From Candidatus Parcubacteria bacterium (lineage in GTDB: Bacteria; Patescibacteriota; Patescibacteriia; Patescibacteriales; UBA12465): a stretch of DNA of 64,000 bases. The notes beneath the pieces are model-generated. The model was not told the origin of the DNA. It saw only the letters and a program-made list of their open reading frames with translations, and did no database searches. Below are positions 18,966-28,324 of this stretch, piece by piece (within the stretch, counting starts at the first letter, position 1; the number at the start of each line of letters is the position of its first letter). The stretch covers positions 325,470 to 389,469 of the forward strand of contig AP029158.1 in NCBI GenBank assembly GCA_037076615.1, in the 5' to 3' direction. The position numbers and the translations under genes were made by a program.

Positions 18966-19370
18966 ATGGAAGACGAAAAAAAAGAGGTTGTGGTTCCTGA
19001 AAAATTTCAGGACTTAGTCAGCCAAATTGAAAAATTAAGCGTTCTTGACCTCGCTGAATTGGTCAAAGTGTTAGAAGAGAAGTTTGGTGTTTCTGCTGCT
19101 GCTCCAGCAATGATGATGGCCGCTGGGCCAGCCGCTGGTGCTGCTGAGGCCGAAGTAAAAGACAGTTTTGACATCGAATTAACCGATGGCGGCGCTAATA
19201 AAATCGCTGTTATTAAGGCGGTACGCACAATTACTGAATTAGGCTTAAAAGAAGCTAAAGATTTAGTTGATGGCGCTCCGAAAGTTGTTAAAGAAGGCGT
19301 CAAGAAAGAAGAAGCCGAAAAAATTAAGAAAGAATTAGAAGAAGCTGGTGCGAAGGTAACTTTAAAATAA
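18966..19370 (+). CDS. rplL: 50S ribosomal protein L7/L12
   Basis: Ala-rich hinge followed by the C-terminal domain [56 protein letters not shown]. Confidence 0.95.
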   Translation: MEDEKKEVVVPEKFQDLVSQIEKLSVLDLAELVKVLEEKFGVSAAAPAMMMAAGPAAGAAEAEVKDSFDIELTDGGANKIAVIKAVRTITELGLKEAKDLVDGAPKVVKEGVKKEEAEKIKKELEEAGAKVTLK

Positions 19371-19387
19371 GTTTCTTCTCAGCCTAT

Positions 19388-19420
19388 AAAAAAAACCCGC
19401 CTCCCGGCGGGCTTTTTTTT
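19388..19420. terminator. Bidirectional intrinsic terminator
   Basis: CCCGCC-TCCC-GGCGGG stem with an A-run before and a T8 run after. It lies between convergent genes. Confidence 0.85.
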
Positions 19421-19432
19421 GTAGGTTGGTGC

Positions 19433-21742
19433 TTACTTTGAAAATTTAAACACCTTGTTGCCGGAAAGAATAAAAATCGTTTGTCCATCTTCGCCAAGAG
19501 TGAAGTCGCTTACCGGTCGGTCAAAGAGGTATTGTTTTTCCAGCCCGCCGCCCTTATTCAAAACGACTAAGCGTTGATGGCGGCTATCTAGTAAATAATT
19601 ATTATTATCCGTGACAATCAGACGATCGGCGCGAATCGCGGGATCAAGAGCTGTGCTTTTATAATCAGTCTGTCTTTCATTTAAGCGATAACGCATTAGG
19701 TCGCCATTTTCTTGGGCTACATAAATGTCGCCATCAATCCCGATATCGCTAGCATCGCTAAAATCATTGTCACCTCTGGCCCAATTGGTGCGTGAGCCAA
19801 AACTGTTGCCACTGCGGTTATAGCGGAAAATTTGATTAGCATCTTTATCTAAGACGTATAGGCGATTATTGTAAAAGCCGATGGAGCTTCCGGGGGCGAC
19901 CTCCTGGTTAATATTAATAATTTCTGCTTCACCATCGTTAATTGCCACCAACTCTTCGCTGCTGGCTAAGTAATAGGCAACGCCTTCGTAAATCACCGGC
20001 CGGGAAAGGGCAGCGCTGGTCGGTAGCGATAAAGAGTCAATCTGACGATTTTCAAGATTAAGAGTGTAGAGAGTCGCTTGATTTTTATCAGCCACAAAAA
20101 TTTGTCCATCAACAGTGGTGAGGCTATAAGCATCAGCTTGGGCCTCCACGCTAATCACATTAAATATTTCTTCGGGCTCATTAATGCGGACAATTTTTTG
20201 AATCCGATCGTTTTCGGCGAGCAGCTCTTGTTTCAGCGCCTCTTTTTCGGCAATTTTTTCCTCAGAATAAGGAGCGGTTTGCTCCAGGTCGATTAAGGCT
20301 TGGCCTAAAACTCCGAGGGCGGCATTAATATTATCAACGGCGGCATAACGGAAAATATCACCCTGTTTTTCTCGAATTGAGGTCGCCGCCGCCAAAAATT
20401 GATTGTCTTGCTCCTCGCGTTCGTTATTACGGCTTCTGATGGCCAGCGAAAAACTTAAGGTGATGACCAAAATTAAACCGGCCAGCATCATTAGTTTATG
20501 TTGGCGATTTACAGAGCGGAGCCAAGCGGAGAGAGCGCCAAAAAGATTGGTCCAAAAACTGGGTGTAAAAATAATCAATAAGCGTTTGAAGAAGCTTTTA
20601 ACTTTCTTTTTATCTACTTGGGGTGATTTTTTGAAATAAACTTTAGTTTTTATTAAGAAGGAATCACGTCGGGGTAAGTTTAAGCGATTTTTTTCTTTCG
20701 GGATTGGGGTAACGGCGGTACCATCTTCTTGATAAGTGAGAATGGCCTTTTTTTCTTTAATCGGGGCCTTGAGTCGGCCCAGTAAATTTTTTACCCCGCG
20801 AATTAAGCCTTTGATACTAATCGCGCCGGCCGAAGACAACATTTTTTCCGTTTTTTGTTCGGTGTAATTAAGGTGCGAAATGGACGATTGCGCCTTACGG
20901 GTCGGTGCTTGGCGAGTCGGATAATTATCCGCCAATTGTCGGGGCGCCGCTTGATCCTCAGTGCGGTCATAGTTTTCAGCCACGATTCCGCCAATATTGC
21001 TTTTAATAATAATCCCTAAGAAGGGGGCAAAAGAATTGACACTTTTTAAAAAGTTTTTTATCTGTTCGGCGGCCACCATTGGCGGTAGCTTCGTGATAAT
21101 ATTGGCCATCTCACCGTGAGAGAGATATTCGGGCAAGGCTTCGTTAGTAAATAAGAAATAAGAGTAGGGAGGAATCTCGCCATTGACAACCGAAGAGAAA
21201 ATTTTGGTAACGGGCGGATCTAAGGGGGCGCCGTCTTCATCAAGTTCTGGTTGCGCGGTCACGGAACCGCCGTCTTTAGCGACCATTTCCACGTTGATAA
21301 TCTCGTAATCACCCTGGCGACGATAAATTAAAAAAGCCTTGTTGCGGCCGTAGGTGGAAAAATATAGTTTATTATTATGGATTACCCCTAAAGTAAGATT
21401 GGTGGTTTCCGGATTAAGGCGGAGTCGTTCTTCTTCTAAAAAATCAACCAAGGCTTGGTTCACTTTAGCTAAAACACTTTCAAAAATGTCTTCAACCTCT
21501 AGATCATCAAGTTTTTCTCGCAGCGAAATTTTTTCGTCGCCGTAATAATTGTATTCAAAAACATTGGCTAAAAAGCTGATGATTTTTTGGGCTTCACTTT
21601 TTTTGGCGCTCATCTCGGCCAGTACAAAAATTTTACCGGCGAGCCGTTCTTTGTGGGTTTCTGGCTGGGAAACATAAGCTTCTCCGGCATAGTCTTCACT
21701 GCGCCCGGAGTTTAAGATGATCGAAGCGATTTTATTAGACAT
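19433..21742 (-). CDS. Large membrane protein: N-terminal cytoplasmic domain (possibly degenerate PP2C-like), transmembrane segment, C-terminal beta-propeller-like repeats
   Basis: 769-aa ORF with a central hydrophobic helix (LMMLAGLILVITLSFSLAI). The C-terminal repeats are of the type DGQIFVADKN, NNRLYVLDKDANQIFRY and DGDIYVAQENGDLMRY. Confidence 0.55.
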   Translation of the reverse strand: MSNKIASIILNSGRSEDYAGEAYVSQPETHKERLAGKIFVLAEMSAKKSEAQKIISFLANVFEYNYYGDEKISLREKLDDLEVEDIFESVLAKVNQALVDFLEEERLRLNPETTNLTLGVIHNNKLYFSTYGRNKAFLIYRRQGDYEIINVEMVAKDGGSVTAQPELDEDGAPLDPPVTKIFSSVVNGEIPPYSYFLFTNEALPEYLSHGEMANIITKLPPMVAAEQIKNFLKSVNSFAPFLGIIIKSNIGGIVAENYDRTEDQAAPRQLADNYPTRQAPTRKAQSSISHLNYTEQKTEKMLSSAGAISIKGLIRGVKNLLGRLKAPIKEKKAILTYQEDGTAVTPIPKEKNRLNLPRRDSFLIKTKVYFKKSPQVDKKKVKSFFKRLLIIFTPSFWTNLFGALSAWLRSVNRQHKLMMLAGLILVITLSFSLAIRSRNNEREEQDNQFLAAATSIREKQGDIFRYAAVDNINAALGVLGQALIDLEQTAPYSEEKIAEKEALKQELLAENDRIQKIVRINEPEEIFNVISVEAQADAYSLTTVDGQIFVADKNQATLYTLNLENRQIDSLSLPTSAALSRPVIYEGVAYYLASSEELVAINDGEAEIININQEVAPGSSIGFYNNRLYVLDKDANQIFRYNRSGNSFGSRTNWARGDNDFSDASDIGIDGDIYVAQENGDLMRYRLNERQTDYKSTALDPAIRADRLIVTDNNNYLLDSRHQRLVVLNKGGGLEKQYLFDRPVSDFTLGEDGQTIFILSGNKVFKFSK

Positions 21743-21851
21743 AAGTTCAAAAATCGAGGCCCTGCACTTGGCTTTTCCGGCGAATTTAATCGCTTTTCGT
21801 TTGACTCCTCGTTGCTGATATTATACTATAAAATTATAAATAGATAAAGTT

Positions 21852-22436
21852 ATGTTAAATAAAATAGTCGGTTCAGAGGCCCGGGTAAAAATATTGAACG
21901 CTTTTTTAATTGAGCCCGAGAAGCATCACTATTTGCGGCAACTCGCTCGTGATCTTGATCTCCAAGTAAACTCTGTCCGTCGTGAGCTTAATAATTTGGA
22001 AGAATTAGGTTTAATTGTTGTAATTGATAAAGACCTTGTTAGTAGTAAGGAAAAAAAATATTACGGCGTTAATTCCAGTTTTTTGCTTTTTAATGAGTTG
22101 CGAGCTCTATTTTTAAAAGCGCAATTAAGTGGGATCAGTGAATTTATTGCTGACGTGCAAAAAATTTGTACGCCCCGACTTTTTATTTTAAGTGGTTTTT
22201 TTGTCAATCAGGCTAACGCCACTACTGATTTACTGCTGGTCGGTGATTTTAAAAAAGGCCCCTTTTTAAAACGCTTAACGGCTTTTGAGCAAGAGTTAGG
22301 CCGAGAGATAAATTATACTTTAATGACGGAGGCGGAATACTCTTATCGTTTAGAGGTCGGTGATATTTTTCTTAATGAAATTTGGGATTCGGAAAAAACT
22401 GTGGTGTGCGATCATTTAGGCAAGTCGCCAAAATAA
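21852..22436 (+). CDS. Winged-helix (ArsR-like) transcriptional regulator with a C-terminal domain
   Basis: N-terminus SEARVKILNAFLIEPEKHHYLRQLARDLDLQVNSVRRELNNLEELGLI fits a wHTH. Confidence 0.6.
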   Translation: MLNKIVGSEARVKILNAFLIEPEKHHYLRQLARDLDLQVNSVRRELNNLEELGLIVVIDKDLVSSKEKKYYGVNSSFLLFNELRALFLKAQLSGISEFIADVQKICTPRLFILSGFFVNQANATTDLLLVGDFKKGPFLKRLTAFEQELGREINYTLMTEAEYSYRLEVGDIFLNEIWDSEKTVVCDHLGKSPK

Positions 22437-22445
22437 TTATTTTTT

Positions 22446-24269
22446 ATGAAAAAAGGCCTGAAAAAAACTGGTAAAATCATTCTCATTTTACTCTTGTCAG
22501 TTTTAGCTATTTTTATTTTTTTAGCACTTTCTTTGGTTAACAAAGTGAGTGTCTCTCAAGATTATTATAATAATCTTACTAAAGGGAAAAATAATTTAGA
22601 GCTGGCTTTTTCTTTGGTTAAGCAAGGGGATTACCCTCAAGCGCGTCTTGAGTCGGACTCGGCTACTCTGGCCTTTGCCGAGGCCTTGGCCAACTTGGAG
22701 GAGATCAGGGAAAATCCCGTCGCCGCTAATTTTTCTCCGTTGAGCGCGTCTTTAGAAGACTTAGAGGCCGTAACTAAAACCGCGGAAATGCTCAGTCGTT
22801 CTTTTAGTCAGGCCAGTGCTCTTTTAGAAAATTTGGGCCCTGTCACTTGGGGAGCTGAGAACTTCGGTGATTTAGCGGAAAGCGAAAAACAAGCAGCACT
22901 GGCACTTTTGCATCAAGCGGCGCCCGAGCTCAACGGTTTGAAGGCGAATTTAGATTTGGCGCTGTTAAATTTGAACAAGATCCATCGCGTTGGGATCTTG
23001 CTTCCGTTTGAAGCCCAGATTAGCGATTTAAAAGAAAAGTTAACTGCCGCCGATAATATTTTAGATACGCTTTTGCCGGTCGCTCGACTCTTGCCGGGTT
23101 TAGCTGGTTATCCGGAAGAAAGTAATTTTCTCTTGATTTTACAAAATAACGATGAGCTCCGTCCCAGTGGCGGCTTTATCGGTACTTTTGGTTTAGTGAA
23201 AATAAAAAATGGTTCCTTAGGGGAAATTATTACTAAAGATGTTTACCATCTTGATATGCCCTGTATTGATAAGCTTTTTGAGACGCCGCCGACGCCAGTG
23301 GCAAAATACATGAAAGTAAAATATTGGTGGTTGCGTGATGCCAACTGGTCACCGGATTGGCCGACCGCCGCTTTACAAGTACAGAAAATGTATTTAGCGG
23401 AAAGTGCTTGTACGGGGCCAATGCCTCAAACACCCACCGCCGTTTTAGCGATTAATCCGGGCTTGATTTCACAATTACTAGATTTTGTTGGTCCGATTAC
23501 CGTGAATGGAGATGTTTATACTAGTGGAAATTTTCAGCCGCTGCTTCAGTATAATGTGGAGGTCGCCTACGTTGAAGAGGAGATTAGCTCCTGGGACCGT
23601 AAAGAAATTATCAACGCCATTGCCGACGAATTAAGAGCGCGCTTATTTAAAGTTTCTTTAGATCGTTTACCGGAGCTCTTAGAAATTATGGAGACTACTA
23701 AAGCGCGCCGGGATTTACAAATCTATTTTAATGATCCAGTTTATCAAGACTTAATTAGCGATTTAGGTTGGGGCGGAGAAGTAAAGACCGCGACCGGCGA
23801 TTATTTAATGGTTGTTGATGCCAACTTAGCGGCTTACAAAACTGATGCCGTCATGCGGAAAAATATTGATTATCAGATAACAAAAGACGGCGGCCTGGTA
23901 GCGACTCTTAAATTAACTTATTATCATGAAGGCGATTTTGATTGGCGCACTACCCGTTACCGCAGCTATACGCGAGTTTTAGTCCCTCGCGGCAGCGAAT
24001 TAATTAATCAAAACGGATTAACCGACTTTTCTACTGCTGTTGATGAAATTTTAGATAAAACCATTTTCGGTTTTTTCTGGAGTATTGAACCGGGACAAAA
24101 TAAGGAAGTCACTTTAAGTTATCGCTTGCCGGCCAATATCAACTCCGATAATTATCAACTTTATTTCCAGAAACAGTCGGGTAGTCGTTTAAATAGTCTT
24201 TCTTACCGCAATGAGGTCTTAAAAGATTATTGGTCGGGAACCTTGGATCGCGATAAAATCTTTAAATAA
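22446..24269 (+). CDS. DUF4012 domain membrane-anchored protein
   Basis: N-terminal transmembrane helix and the family-typical core LILQNNDELRPSGGFIGTFG. Confidence 0.8.
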   Translation: MKKGLKKTGKIILILLLSVLAIFIFLALSLVNKVSVSQDYYNNLTKGKNNLELAFSLVKQGDYPQARLESDSATLAFAEALANLEEIRENPVAANFSPLSASLEDLEAVTKTAEMLSRSFSQASALLENLGPVTWGAENFGDLAESEKQAALALLHQAAPELNGLKANLDLALLNLNKIHRVGILLPFEAQISDLKEKLTAADNILDTLLPVARLLPGLAGYPEESNFLLILQNNDELRPSGGFIGTFGLVKIKNGSLGEIITKDVYHLDMPCIDKLFETPPTPVAKYMKVKYWWLRDANWSPDWPTAALQVQKMYLAESACTGPMPQTPTAVLAINPGLISQLLDFVGPITVNGDVYTSGNFQPLLQYNVEVAYVEEEISSWDRKEIINAIADELRARLFKVSLDRLPELLEIMETTKARRDLQIYFNDPVYQDLISDLGWGGEVKTATGDYLMVVDANLAAYKTDAVMRKNIDYQITKDGGLVATLKLTYYHEGDFDWRTTRYRSYTRVLVPRGSELINQNGLTDFSTAVDEILDKTIFGFFWSIEPGQNKEVTLSYRLPANINSDNYQLYFQKQSGSRLNSLSYRNEVLKDYWSGTLDRDKIFK

Positions 24270-24300
24270 AAAAGCGCGCCGATTGGCGCGCTTTTTTTTA
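24268..24300. terminator. Bidirectional intrinsic terminator
   Basis: AGCGCGCC-GATT-GGCGCGCT stem flanked by an A-run and a T8 run. Confidence 0.85.
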
Positions 24301-24312
24301 TTGAATAAAACT

Positions 24313-25608
24313 TTATTTAATTTCAAAACTGGTGCTGTAAGTTAAATTAGAAGTACTGCCGGTAACTTTAATATCGGTTCGGCGAGCGCTCAGGCTTGGG
24401 ACAGTTAAGTTGGTCTGAAAACGCCCGTTTCCGTCAGCTTTAATAGTTTTAGTATCCGCAGCAAATTTTATTACCAACTCTTCATTAGGGAAGAAACCTG
24501 TACCTCGTAAATTAAACTGGGCGCCGGGGGTGGCTACGTAAGCTTCGGCATTTAAAGACAGGGGTTCTTTAGCTTTTGGATTTTCCGCAATTTCGGTTGC
24601 ATTAATGGAAGCAATTTTTTCTAAAGAAGAGTTCAAGACAGTTATACCGCCGCCATTGAAAACGACTAAACTTTCCTGGCCGGAAACATTAATATATTTT
24701 AAGCCCATGGCCCAGCCGTTACGATTCAGGTTGGTGGCGTTGATCTTTAAGCCGTCTCTAAAATTTTTCTTGGACAAACGCATTACGTTTTCGCCGTTAG
24801 CGGCATAAACATAATTTGGATCACCGGTGGCCTCCACGCTATAACCATTGTAAGCACTGTTAGGGTGATAGGTTAATAAATCACCGTCTAAAGAAAAACG
24901 CTTGAGGAAAAAATCATCAAAAATCAAGATCTCATTATTTAAAGAATCAAATTGCAGTCTTTTTTGATCGCTGCTCTGGCGGTAGTTAACCGGGAAGCGG
25001 GTAATTTCTTTTCGCTCAGTAGCATCATAGACCCGAACGAGGTTATCTTCGCCCATGCTAACGATATAGCGTCCGGCGGCATCAAAGCGTAGGCTTAAGC
25101 CGTTACTAACAGTAACCGGGTAAGAGTCAACAACGTCAAAGAGTTCGCCATCGCTTCGCCAGACTTTAACCCCCTTGTCGCTGGCGGTGACCAGGTGGTT
25201 GCCAAATTTATCAACTTTTTGATACCACTCAAAGTAAGTATTAGTTTTTTTCTGTAAAAGTTTTGGTTGTTCGAGATTGCTAAGATCGTATTGATAGAGA
25301 GAAAAGCCGGCAGTGGCGTAAGCCAGCAGGCGGTTATCTTCTGAATCAAGTTTTACGGAGCTAAAGTCATTACCCCAGGCGCCGGCGTCCGCTTTTAAAC
25401 GAGCGGTTCGCTCAATATTTTTACCGTCTTGGCGGAAGATTTCTAAAGCGCCACTGTCAGTTGTCGCGATGATTATTTGGTTTTTGTAAGCAATAGCATC
25501 GCCGGAATAATAGGCAACATAATTAGTCTTAGCGCTGGACGCTAAAATCAGCCCTAGAGCTAACCCCAAGCCGAGTAGAGGTAGGCCGTATTTAAAAGCT
25601 TTTTTCAT
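24313..25608 (-). CDS. Secreted beta-propeller-like protein with a C-terminal Ig-like domain
   Basis: Signal peptide, then WD/YVTN-like blade patterns (HLVTASDKGVKVWRSDG, RYIVSMGEDNLVRVYDAT) and a beta-rich tail. Confidence 0.55.
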   Translation of the reverse strand: MKKAFKYGLPLLGLGLALGLILASSAKTNYVAYYSGDAIAYKNQIIIATTDSGALEIFRQDGKNIERTARLKADAGAWGNDFSSVKLDSEDNRLLAYATAGFSLYQYDLSNLEQPKLLQKKTNTYFEWYQKVDKFGNHLVTASDKGVKVWRSDGELFDVVDSYPVTVSNGLSLRFDAAGRYIVSMGEDNLVRVYDATERKEITRFPVNYRQSSDQKRLQFDSLNNEILIFDDFFLKRFSLDGDLLTYHPNSAYNGYSVEATGDPNYVYAANGENVMRLSKKNFRDGLKINATNLNRNGWAMGLKYINVSGQESLVVFNGGGITVLNSSLEKIASINATEIAENPKAKEPLSLNAEAYVATPGAQFNLRGTGFFPNEELVIKFAADTKTIKADGNGRFQTNLTVPSLSARRTDIKVTGSTSNLTYSTSFEIK

Positions 25609-25634
25609 AGATTTGTTTTTAAAAAGTATCCTTT

Positions 25635-25662
25635 ATCTTACATTTTTTTAGGAAAATGTCAA
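25635..25662 (-). promoter_or_regulatory. Sigma70-type promoter for gene 24313-25608
   Basis: Minus strand reads TTGACA, 16 nt, TAAGAT. Confidence 0.5.
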
Positions 25663-25678
25663 TGAAAAAAGGCCTATA

Positions 25679-25707
25679 TTGACAAAAAATATAAAAACTG
25701 TTAAAAT
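25679..25707 (+). promoter_or_regulatory. Extended -10 promoter for gene 25747-26778
   Basis: TTGACA, 17 nt ending in TGt, TAAAAT. Confidence 0.6.
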
Positions 25708-25746
25708 GAGGCCAGAAAATAGAACATTAACAAAAAAATATAAAAC

Positions 25747-26778
25747 ATGAGAAAAATAGTATTATTAATTATACTGGCCTTGTTTAACCTGGCTGTTTTT
25801 GCTCAGAAAACTTACGTAATGCATTATTTGCCAAACTTAAGTATTTCTCAAGCTGAAGCTTATCAAGGGTATGACATGATAATTGTTGATCATGAAGTGA
25901 TTAACACTTCAGCCGCCAGTCTGCGTTATTTAAGACAATTAAAACCGGGGATTAAAATTCTGGTTTATGTAGAAAAGATGCAGTGGCACGACCCGATGTT
26001 TCCGGATAAGCCCTGGAGCTTGGATATCGTTGCTTACTTAAAGAATTTTCCTTATTGGTATCTTCACGATCCAGCGGGAAAAAATCTCACTTTTTGGCCG
26101 GGGACCGTGATGATGAATATTCGTCTTGATGGTTGGCGTTATAAAATTGCCGATAAAAGCTACTCTTATATTGAATGGTTTACCGAGCGATATCTGGAGG
26201 ATATTATCGGCGAATACAGACGACAGGGAATTAAGCTTGATGGAATTTTAGATGATGACCTTTTCCGCGATATTTCTTTTTTGGAAGGAGGAGTTGATTC
26301 CGATTTTAACGGTCGTCCCGATGATTATCCGGAGCTTGATCGTCAGTGGCGTTTAGGGAATGAATACTTATTAAAAGAAGTTCGTAAAGTGATGGGTCAG
26401 GATTTTCTGGTTATCGGCAATGGTGGTCATGGCTATTATATGAACATTTGTAACGGTAAGCAGTTTGAAAATTTTCCGGAACATTATATCGGTAGCTGGT
26501 TTGATAATTTAAACAATGCCGCCGGTATGGAAATTGCTCTCTTTAATGCTCGGACCGATAATTTGGATAACTGGATGTTTACCATTTGCTCCGCCATGTT
26601 GCTTGATAATACTTGGTTTTCTCAAGGGCAAAATTTTCCTTATGATACCAAATTTAATCTTGATCTTGGTCGACCGCTTGGATTCTTTTATGAAGAGCCC
26701 GGTGGCTTTGCGAGAAGATATGAGCGGGGAATTGTCCATGTTCAACCGGAACAAGATAAAGGTTGGATAGAAAAATAA
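25747..26778 (+). CDS. Secreted putative TIM-barrel glycoside-hydrolase-like protein (GHL-type), paralogous to the N-terminal domain of 48375-50378
   Basis: Signal peptide. It shares an ordered pattern with the 667-aa protein (YDMIIVDHEV..LRYLRQLKPGIKILVYV versus WDFLILDMEV..LRLIRRLNPDIVILAYV, and later LDGILDDDLF versus WDGVFFDNVW). Confidence 0.5.
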   Translation: MRKIVLLIILALFNLAVFAQKTYVMHYLPNLSISQAEAYQGYDMIIVDHEVINTSAASLRYLRQLKPGIKILVYVEKMQWHDPMFPDKPWSLDIVAYLKNFPYWYLHDPAGKNLTFWPGTVMMNIRLDGWRYKIADKSYSYIEWFTERYLEDIIGEYRRQGIKLDGILDDDLFRDISFLEGGVDSDFNGRPDDYPELDRQWRLGNEYLLKEVRKVMGQDFLVIGNGGHGYYMNICNGKQFENFPEHYIGSWFDNLNNAAGMEIALFNARTDNLDNWMFTICSAMLLDNTWFSQGQNFPYDTKFNLDLGRPLGFFYEEPGGFARRYERGIVHVQPEQDKGWIEK

Positions 26779-26850
26779 AAAATAAAAATAATCGTCTTAG
26801 CAATTAAGGCGATTTTTTTTGTTAAATTAAAAATTATCCCCACCCTATTG

Positions 26851-26879
26851 TTGACAAAATTACACTTTCTTGATACACT
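26851..26879 (+). promoter_or_regulatory. Extended -10 promoter for the FISUMP lipoprotein gene
   Basis: TTGACA, 17 nt ending in TGa, TACACT. Confidence 0.5.
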
Positions 26880-26923
26880 AGAAATATAAAAACTTGTAAA
26901 TTAACAACAAAATAATAGAAATA

Positions 26924-28201
26924 ATGGAAGCAAAGACTTTTAAAGGTATGTGGAAGGCGATAGTCTTTCTGACCACCGTCGCCACGGTACTTTTTTCTTG
27001 CTCCGCCTGTGAGCCCGAAGAAGTCCCCGTGGTTTATGAACCGAGCATAAAAGTTTCGGTAGAAAATGTTCGAGGGACAAGTGCGACCCTCGTTGCTGAA
27101 GTGTGTGCCGCCGGACAAAATCTGGAAGTACAACTTGAATACTTTACCGACAATAGTTGGCAAAAAATTGACGCCGGTCGCATTAACGGCCAAGAAAAAC
27201 AAATCATCAAAAAAGAATTGACCGGTTTGTCTCCGGAAAAAAGTTATCAACTGCGAGGCTCTTTAATTTTACGTATTGACGGCGCTTGGAACTATGCCGC
27301 CATCGGGAACACTGTAGATTTTAAAACTCTCAAACAATCAAAGTTTAGGGTTGTAAAAACAGTGAGTGATTATGACTTCATTGAAGTGGAGTTTGAACTC
27401 ATCCCTCGTTGGCCAAATACCAAAGTTGAATTGGAATACCAAGGTATCGTCAAAGGTTCAAATGTCTACAGCGGTGATCAGGCCGTTACTTTCACTATCA
27501 AAATGGATAAACTGGCAAAAAATACCATTTATCCGGTGAAAATGAAAGTAAATAATGAAGGGGGTTTCACTGTTGACACTACTTTTCAAACGGCCGCGGT
27601 TGAAGACTACGATGGTAACAAGTATTGCGTAGTTACTATCGGCACCCAGACTTTTATCAAAGAAAACCTGAAGACGACCCATTTTCTAAATGGTGATCCG
27701 ATTCCGAACATTACCAATGATGACCAATGGATTACCCTAACCACTCCCGCTTATTGTTATTACAACAATGATCCGGAAATGGGTAAGAAGTATGGCGCTC
27801 TCTACAATTGGTATGTCGCTTCTGATCCTCGAGGGTTGATTGAAGGGTTTCATGTTCCTACAGAAGAAGAGTATTCTTTTCTTGTTAATTATCTGGGAGG
27901 AGAATCTTGTGGCGGCGCAATGAAAACGACCACTCTCGATTGGAAACAGCCTAATGTAGGGGCCACTAACACTTCCGGCTTTAGCGCTTTACCGGCTGGG
28001 ATAAGAAGAGATTGGAAGGAAGTAGACCCGAAGCCATTTTCTTATTTAGGTGAGGGTACTACATTTTGGACAGGAAAAGATGAGCCAAGATTACCAGGAC
28101 TCACTTACAGCCCAACCTTGAGTTTTAAAAACAGTGGGTTTATGATGGGCGGTTTGAATTTTTTTAACAGCGGATTTAGTATCCGTTTAATAAAAAACTA
28201 A
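26924..28201 (+). CDS. Lipoprotein with a C-terminal FISUMP (Fibrobacter succinogenes major paralogous, TIGR02145-type) domain
   Basis: Lipobox-like LFSC. The C-terminal region DYDGNKYCVVTIGTQTFIKENLKTTHFLNGDPI ... YGALYNWY ... GFHVPTEEEYSFLVNYLGG ... NTSGFSALPAG matches the FISUMP pattern. Confidence 0.75.
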   Translation: MEAKTFKGMWKAIVFLTTVATVLFSCSACEPEEVPVVYEPSIKVSVENVRGTSATLVAEVCAAGQNLEVQLEYFTDNSWQKIDAGRINGQEKQIIKKELTGLSPEKSYQLRGSLILRIDGAWNYAAIGNTVDFKTLKQSKFRVVKTVSDYDFIEVEFELIPRWPNTKVELEYQGIVKGSNVYSGDQAVTFTIKMDKLAKNTIYPVKMKVNNEGGFTVDTTFQTAAVEDYDGNKYCVVTIGTQTFIKENLKTTHFLNGDPIPNITNDDQWITLTTPAYCYYNNDPEMGKKYGALYNWYVASDPRGLIEGFHVPTEEEYSFLVNYLGGESCGGAMKTTTLDWKQPNVGATNTSGFSALPAGIRRDWKEVDPKPFSYLGEGTTFWTGKDEPRLPGLTYSPTLSFKNSGFMMGGLNFFNSGFSIRLIKN

Positions 28202-28207
28202 AAATCT

Positions 28208-28238
28208 AAAGAGGTGTTTTTAATAAACACCTCTTTTT
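28208..28238 (+). terminator. Intrinsic terminator after the FISUMP gene
   Basis: 12-bp stem AAAGAGGTGTTT / AAACACCTCTTT followed by a T-run. Confidence 0.8.
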
Positions 28239-28239
28239 C

Positions 28240-28268
28240 TTAACAAAAATTAAAAAAAATGCTAAAAT
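28240..28268 (+). promoter_or_regulatory. Extended -10 promoter, copy 1 (inside repeat unit 1)
   Basis: TTAACA, 17 nt ending in TGc, TAAAAT. Confidence 0.5.
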
Positions 28269-28295
28269 ACAAACATATATATATATTTCAAATTC

Positions 28296-28324
28296 TTAAC
28301 AAAAATTAAAAAAAATGCTAAAAT
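28296..28324 (+). promoter_or_regulatory. Extended -10 promoter, copy 2 (inside repeat unit 2)
   Basis: Identical to copy 1. It lies 43 nt before the ATG at 28367. Confidence 0.5.
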
